Assembly (NCBI GenBank): GCA_964399385.1
Contig: CAYNQQ010000001.1
Location: forward strand, 1-26,664
DNA length: 26,664 bases
Source: an uncultured Candidatus Bathyarchaeia archaeon
GTDB taxonomy: Archaea; Thermoproteota; Bathyarchaeia; EX4484-135
Reading direction: 5' to 3'
The position numbers were made by a program, and so were the translations under genes. The notes under the pieces are model-generated. The model saw only the letters and a program-made list of their open reading frames with translations. It did no database searches and was not told the DNA's origin. This document shows positions 24,493-26,664 of the stretch, piece by piece; within the stretch, counting starts at the first letter, position 1, and each line of letters starts with the position of its first letter.

Positions 24493-25242
24493 ATGGACTT
24501 CCTATCGCCAGAGGAGGCCAGGAGATACGACAGGCAGATGAGGGTGGAGGGCTTCGGCCCGGAGGCCCAGCTCAAGCTCAAGAGGTCATGCGTTCTGGTG
24601 GCCGGCCTCGGGGGCCTTGGCTGTCCCTCCTCAACCTACCTCGCCCTGGCCGGTGTTGGGAAGCTAATCCTCGTGGACAGGAGCAGGGTGGACCTCAGCG
24701 ACCTGAACAGGCAGTTCCTCTACGGGCCCGAGGACGTGGGCAAGCCCAAGGCCGAGGTGGCAGCCGAGAGGATATCGGCCCTGAACCCCCACGTGGAGGT
24801 GGAGGCGCGTGATGAAAGCCTCGAGGAACACAACATACCGGGACTGTTGGAGGGCGTTGACCTGGTCGTGGACGGCCTCGACAACTGGAGGACGCGCCTC
24901 CTGGTGAATAGGGCCTGTGTCGAGAAGGGCATACCGTTCGTCCACGCCGGCGTGAGGGGTTTCTACGGGCAGGCCACCACCGTGGTGCCGGGCGAGGGGC
25001 CCTGCCTGAGGTGCATACTGAAGGCCGTCCCGCCTGAGGAGGATGTGGTGCCCGTCCTCGGGCCCACGCCAGCCGTGATGGCATCTATACAGGCCCTCGA
25101 GGCCATAAAACTGCTGACCGGCCTCGGGAAACCCCTGGTGGGCCGTATCCTGATCTTCGATGGCCTGAACATGAGGTTCGAGGAGATAGCCATCAGGAGG
25201 GACCCGCGCTGCCCTGTGTGCGGGCGGAGGGCGGGCCGATAG
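24493..25242 (+). CDS. ThiF/MoeB/HesA-family E1-like adenylyltransferase
   Basis: RYDRQ, VAGLGGLGC, DLSDLNRQ, VVDGLDN, Zn ligands CLRC and CPVC. Start set at ATG 24493 after TTATAG (24458-63); the track start 24427 lies inside the sRNA. Confidence 0.92.
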   Translation: MDFLSPEEARRYDRQMRVEGFGPEAQLKLKRSCVLVAGLGGLGCPSSTYLALAGVGKLILVDRSRVDLSDLNRQFLYGPEDVGKPKAEVAAERISALNPHVEVEARDESLEEHNIPGLLEGVDLVVDGLDNWRTRLLVNRACVEKGIPFVHAGVRGFYGQATTVVPGEGPCLRCILKAVPPEEDVVPVLGPTPAVMASIQALEAIKLLTGLGKPLVGRILIFDGLNMRFEEIAIRRDPRCPVCGRRAGR

Positions 25243-25248
25243 GGGTTA

Positions 25249-25272
25249 TCCCAAGAGTTAAAAGGCTTGGGA
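25249..25272 (+). promoter_or_regulatory. TATA box (TTAAAA) flanked by a 7-bp inverted repeat
   Basis: TCCCAAG-agttaaaagg-CTTGGGA, upstream of ATG 25300. Confidence 0.5.
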
Positions 25273-25299
25273 GGATTGGCCGGCACGGAGGGTAGGGTC

Positions 25300-26664
25300 A
25301 TGACGAGGAGAATAGTCATCATAGGGGCCAACGCGGCCGGGGTGGCGGCTGCCGCTTTCGCGAGGAAGACGGATAGGAAGGCCGAGATAACGCTCATAGA
25401 GAAGGACAAATACGCTGGCTACTCGAGGTGCGGCCTCCCGTTCGTCATAGGGGGCGAGATACCGAGTCTCGAGGACATAGTGCTTTACCCGCCGAGCTAT
25501 TACAAGATGATGAGGTTCGACCTGAGGCTCGAGACCGAGGCCAAGAGCATAGACCTCGGCTCGAGGACCGTCAAGGTGGTGGACAAGGAGGGGCGGGAGG
25601 AGGAGATAGGTTTCGATAGCCTGATAATATGCACGGGCGCGAGGCCCTGGATACCGCCGATAGAGGGCAGGGAGAAGAAAGGCGTCTTCATGCTGAGGAC
25701 GATAGATGACGCGAGGGCCATAATGGAGGCCATGGCCAGGGCCAAGAAGGCCGTCGTCATCGGGGCCGGGGCCATAGGGCTCGAGGTGGCAGCGGCCATG
25801 AGGGAGAAAGGGCTCGACGTGACCATAGTAGAGCTCCTGCCCCACGTCCTCCCGCTCGCCGTGGACGCCGATATAGCCAAGATGATACAGGAGGAGCTCG
25901 AGGAGCACGGCGTCAAACTCGTCCTCGGGAAGCCCGTCAAACGCATTATAGGCGATGAGCACGTCAAGGCCGTCGAGGTGGACGGCGAGGAGTTCGAGGC
26001 CGATATGGTGGTGGCCGCCACGGGCGTGAGGGCGAACGTTGATCTCGCCTCAGAGGCCGGCCTCGCCATAGGCCCGACGGGGGCCATAAAAACCGATTTC
26101 AGGATGAGGTGCCTCGATGCCAAGAGGCAGAGGCCGGTCGAGGGCGTTTACGCGGCCGGCGATTGCGCCGAGAGCATACACATGGTAACTGGCCTCCCGG
26201 CGGTTTCTCAGCTCGGGACCACGGCCGTCAGGATGGGCAAGGTAGCCGGGATAAACGCTGCCGGGGGATACGCCGTCTTCCCGGGTGTTTTGGGCTCCTT
26301 CGTGACCAAGATATTCGGGATAGAGGTCGGCTCCACGGGCCTCACGGCCGAGATGGCCAAGCGCCTCGGCATGGACGTCGTGACCAGCGTCGTGGCCCAC
26401 ACGACCAAGGCCGAGTACTACCCGGGCGGCAAGCACATCAGGGTCAAGCTCGTGGTGGATAAGGCCACGAGGCGTGTCGTGGGAGGCCAGGTGGCGGGCG
26501 GCGAGGATGTCACCCAGCGCGTGAACGCCCTCGCCATAGCTATCCAGGCCGGCATGACGGTCTACGATCTGGCCCTGGCCAGGACGGCCTACGCTCCTCC
26601 GCTCGCCGACGTATGGGAGCCCATAGTCCTCGCGGCCGACTCGGCCATTAGGAGGCTCGGCTGA
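25300..26664 (+). CDS. FAD-dependent NAD(P)H oxidase / CoA-disulfide reductase family protein
   Basis: IVIIGANAAG, single redox Cys in YSRCGLPF, ICTGARP, IGAGAIGLE, VYAAGDC, YAPP. Start set at ATG 25300; stop at the window end. Confidence 0.92.
   Translation: MTRRIVIIGANAAGVAAAAFARKTDRKAEITLIEKDKYAGYSRCGLPFVIGGEIPSLEDIVLYPPSYYKMMRFDLRLETEAKSIDLGSRTVKVVDKEGREEEIGFDSLIICTGARPWIPPIEGREKKGVFMLRTIDDARAIMEAMARAKKAVVIGAGAIGLEVAAAMREKGLDVTIVELLPHVLPLAVDADIAKMIQEELEEHGVKLVLGKPVKRIIGDEHVKAVEVDGEEFEADMVVAATGVRANVDLASEAGLAIGPTGAIKTDFRMRCLDAKRQRPVEGVYAAGDCAESIHMVTGLPAVSQLGTTAVRMGKVAGINAAGGYAVFPGVLGSFVTKIFGIEVGSTGLTAEMAKRLGMDVVTSVVAHTTKAEYYPGGKHIRVKLVVDKATRRVVGGQVAGGEDVTQRVNALAIAIQAGMTVYDLALARTAYAPPLADVWEPIVLAADSAIRRLG

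Noticed and set aside
1-26664. Very frequent CTCGAG, GAGCTC and AGGCCT palindromes
   Set aside because: Explained by codon pairs (Leu-Glu, Glu-Leu, Glu/Lys-Ala); not a repeat family.
1-26664. CRISPR arrays, IS elements, integrases, inteins, tRNA or rRNA genes
   Set aside because: No spaced direct repeats, transposase or recombinase motifs, or intein signatures seen, and the intergenic gaps show no such RNA structures.

Overview
GC-rich chromosomal window from a thermophilic or hyperthermophilic archaeon. It encodes reverse gyrase, CdvA/ESCRT-III/Vps4, exosome Rrp4, proteasome alpha and L18e, which points to a TACK lineage; Bathyarchaeia-like is my inference. I support 32 CDSs and one intergenic box C/D guide RNA, and found no tRNA, rRNA, CRISPR or mobile element. 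In order: rgy; rpl2 and rps19 split by an inverted GT-C glycosyltransferase; a surface transglutaminase-like protein converging on a four-gene ESCRT operon (ESCRT-III, cdvA, cdvB, cdvC); rpoD-rpl18e-rpl13-rps9; an APH-like kinase, a 7TM protein and an APS-kinase-like protein; psmA-SBDS-rrp4; a coupled wHTH plus two small helical proteins of unknown function; a divergent AbfD-family Fe-S flavoprotein; a His-type thi4; DUF2096; a GT28; a Cys-less ThiF/MoeB E1; and a Nox/CoADR. The best leads are the unknown three-gene module (18992-20114), the unannotated C/D sRNA (24394-24454), the motif layout of the ESCRT operon including a MIM2-like motif inside the Vps4 linker, the AbfD paralogue with swapped catalytic residues, and the kinase-7TM-kinase trio. 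All homology calls come from motif recognition by eye; no searches were run.
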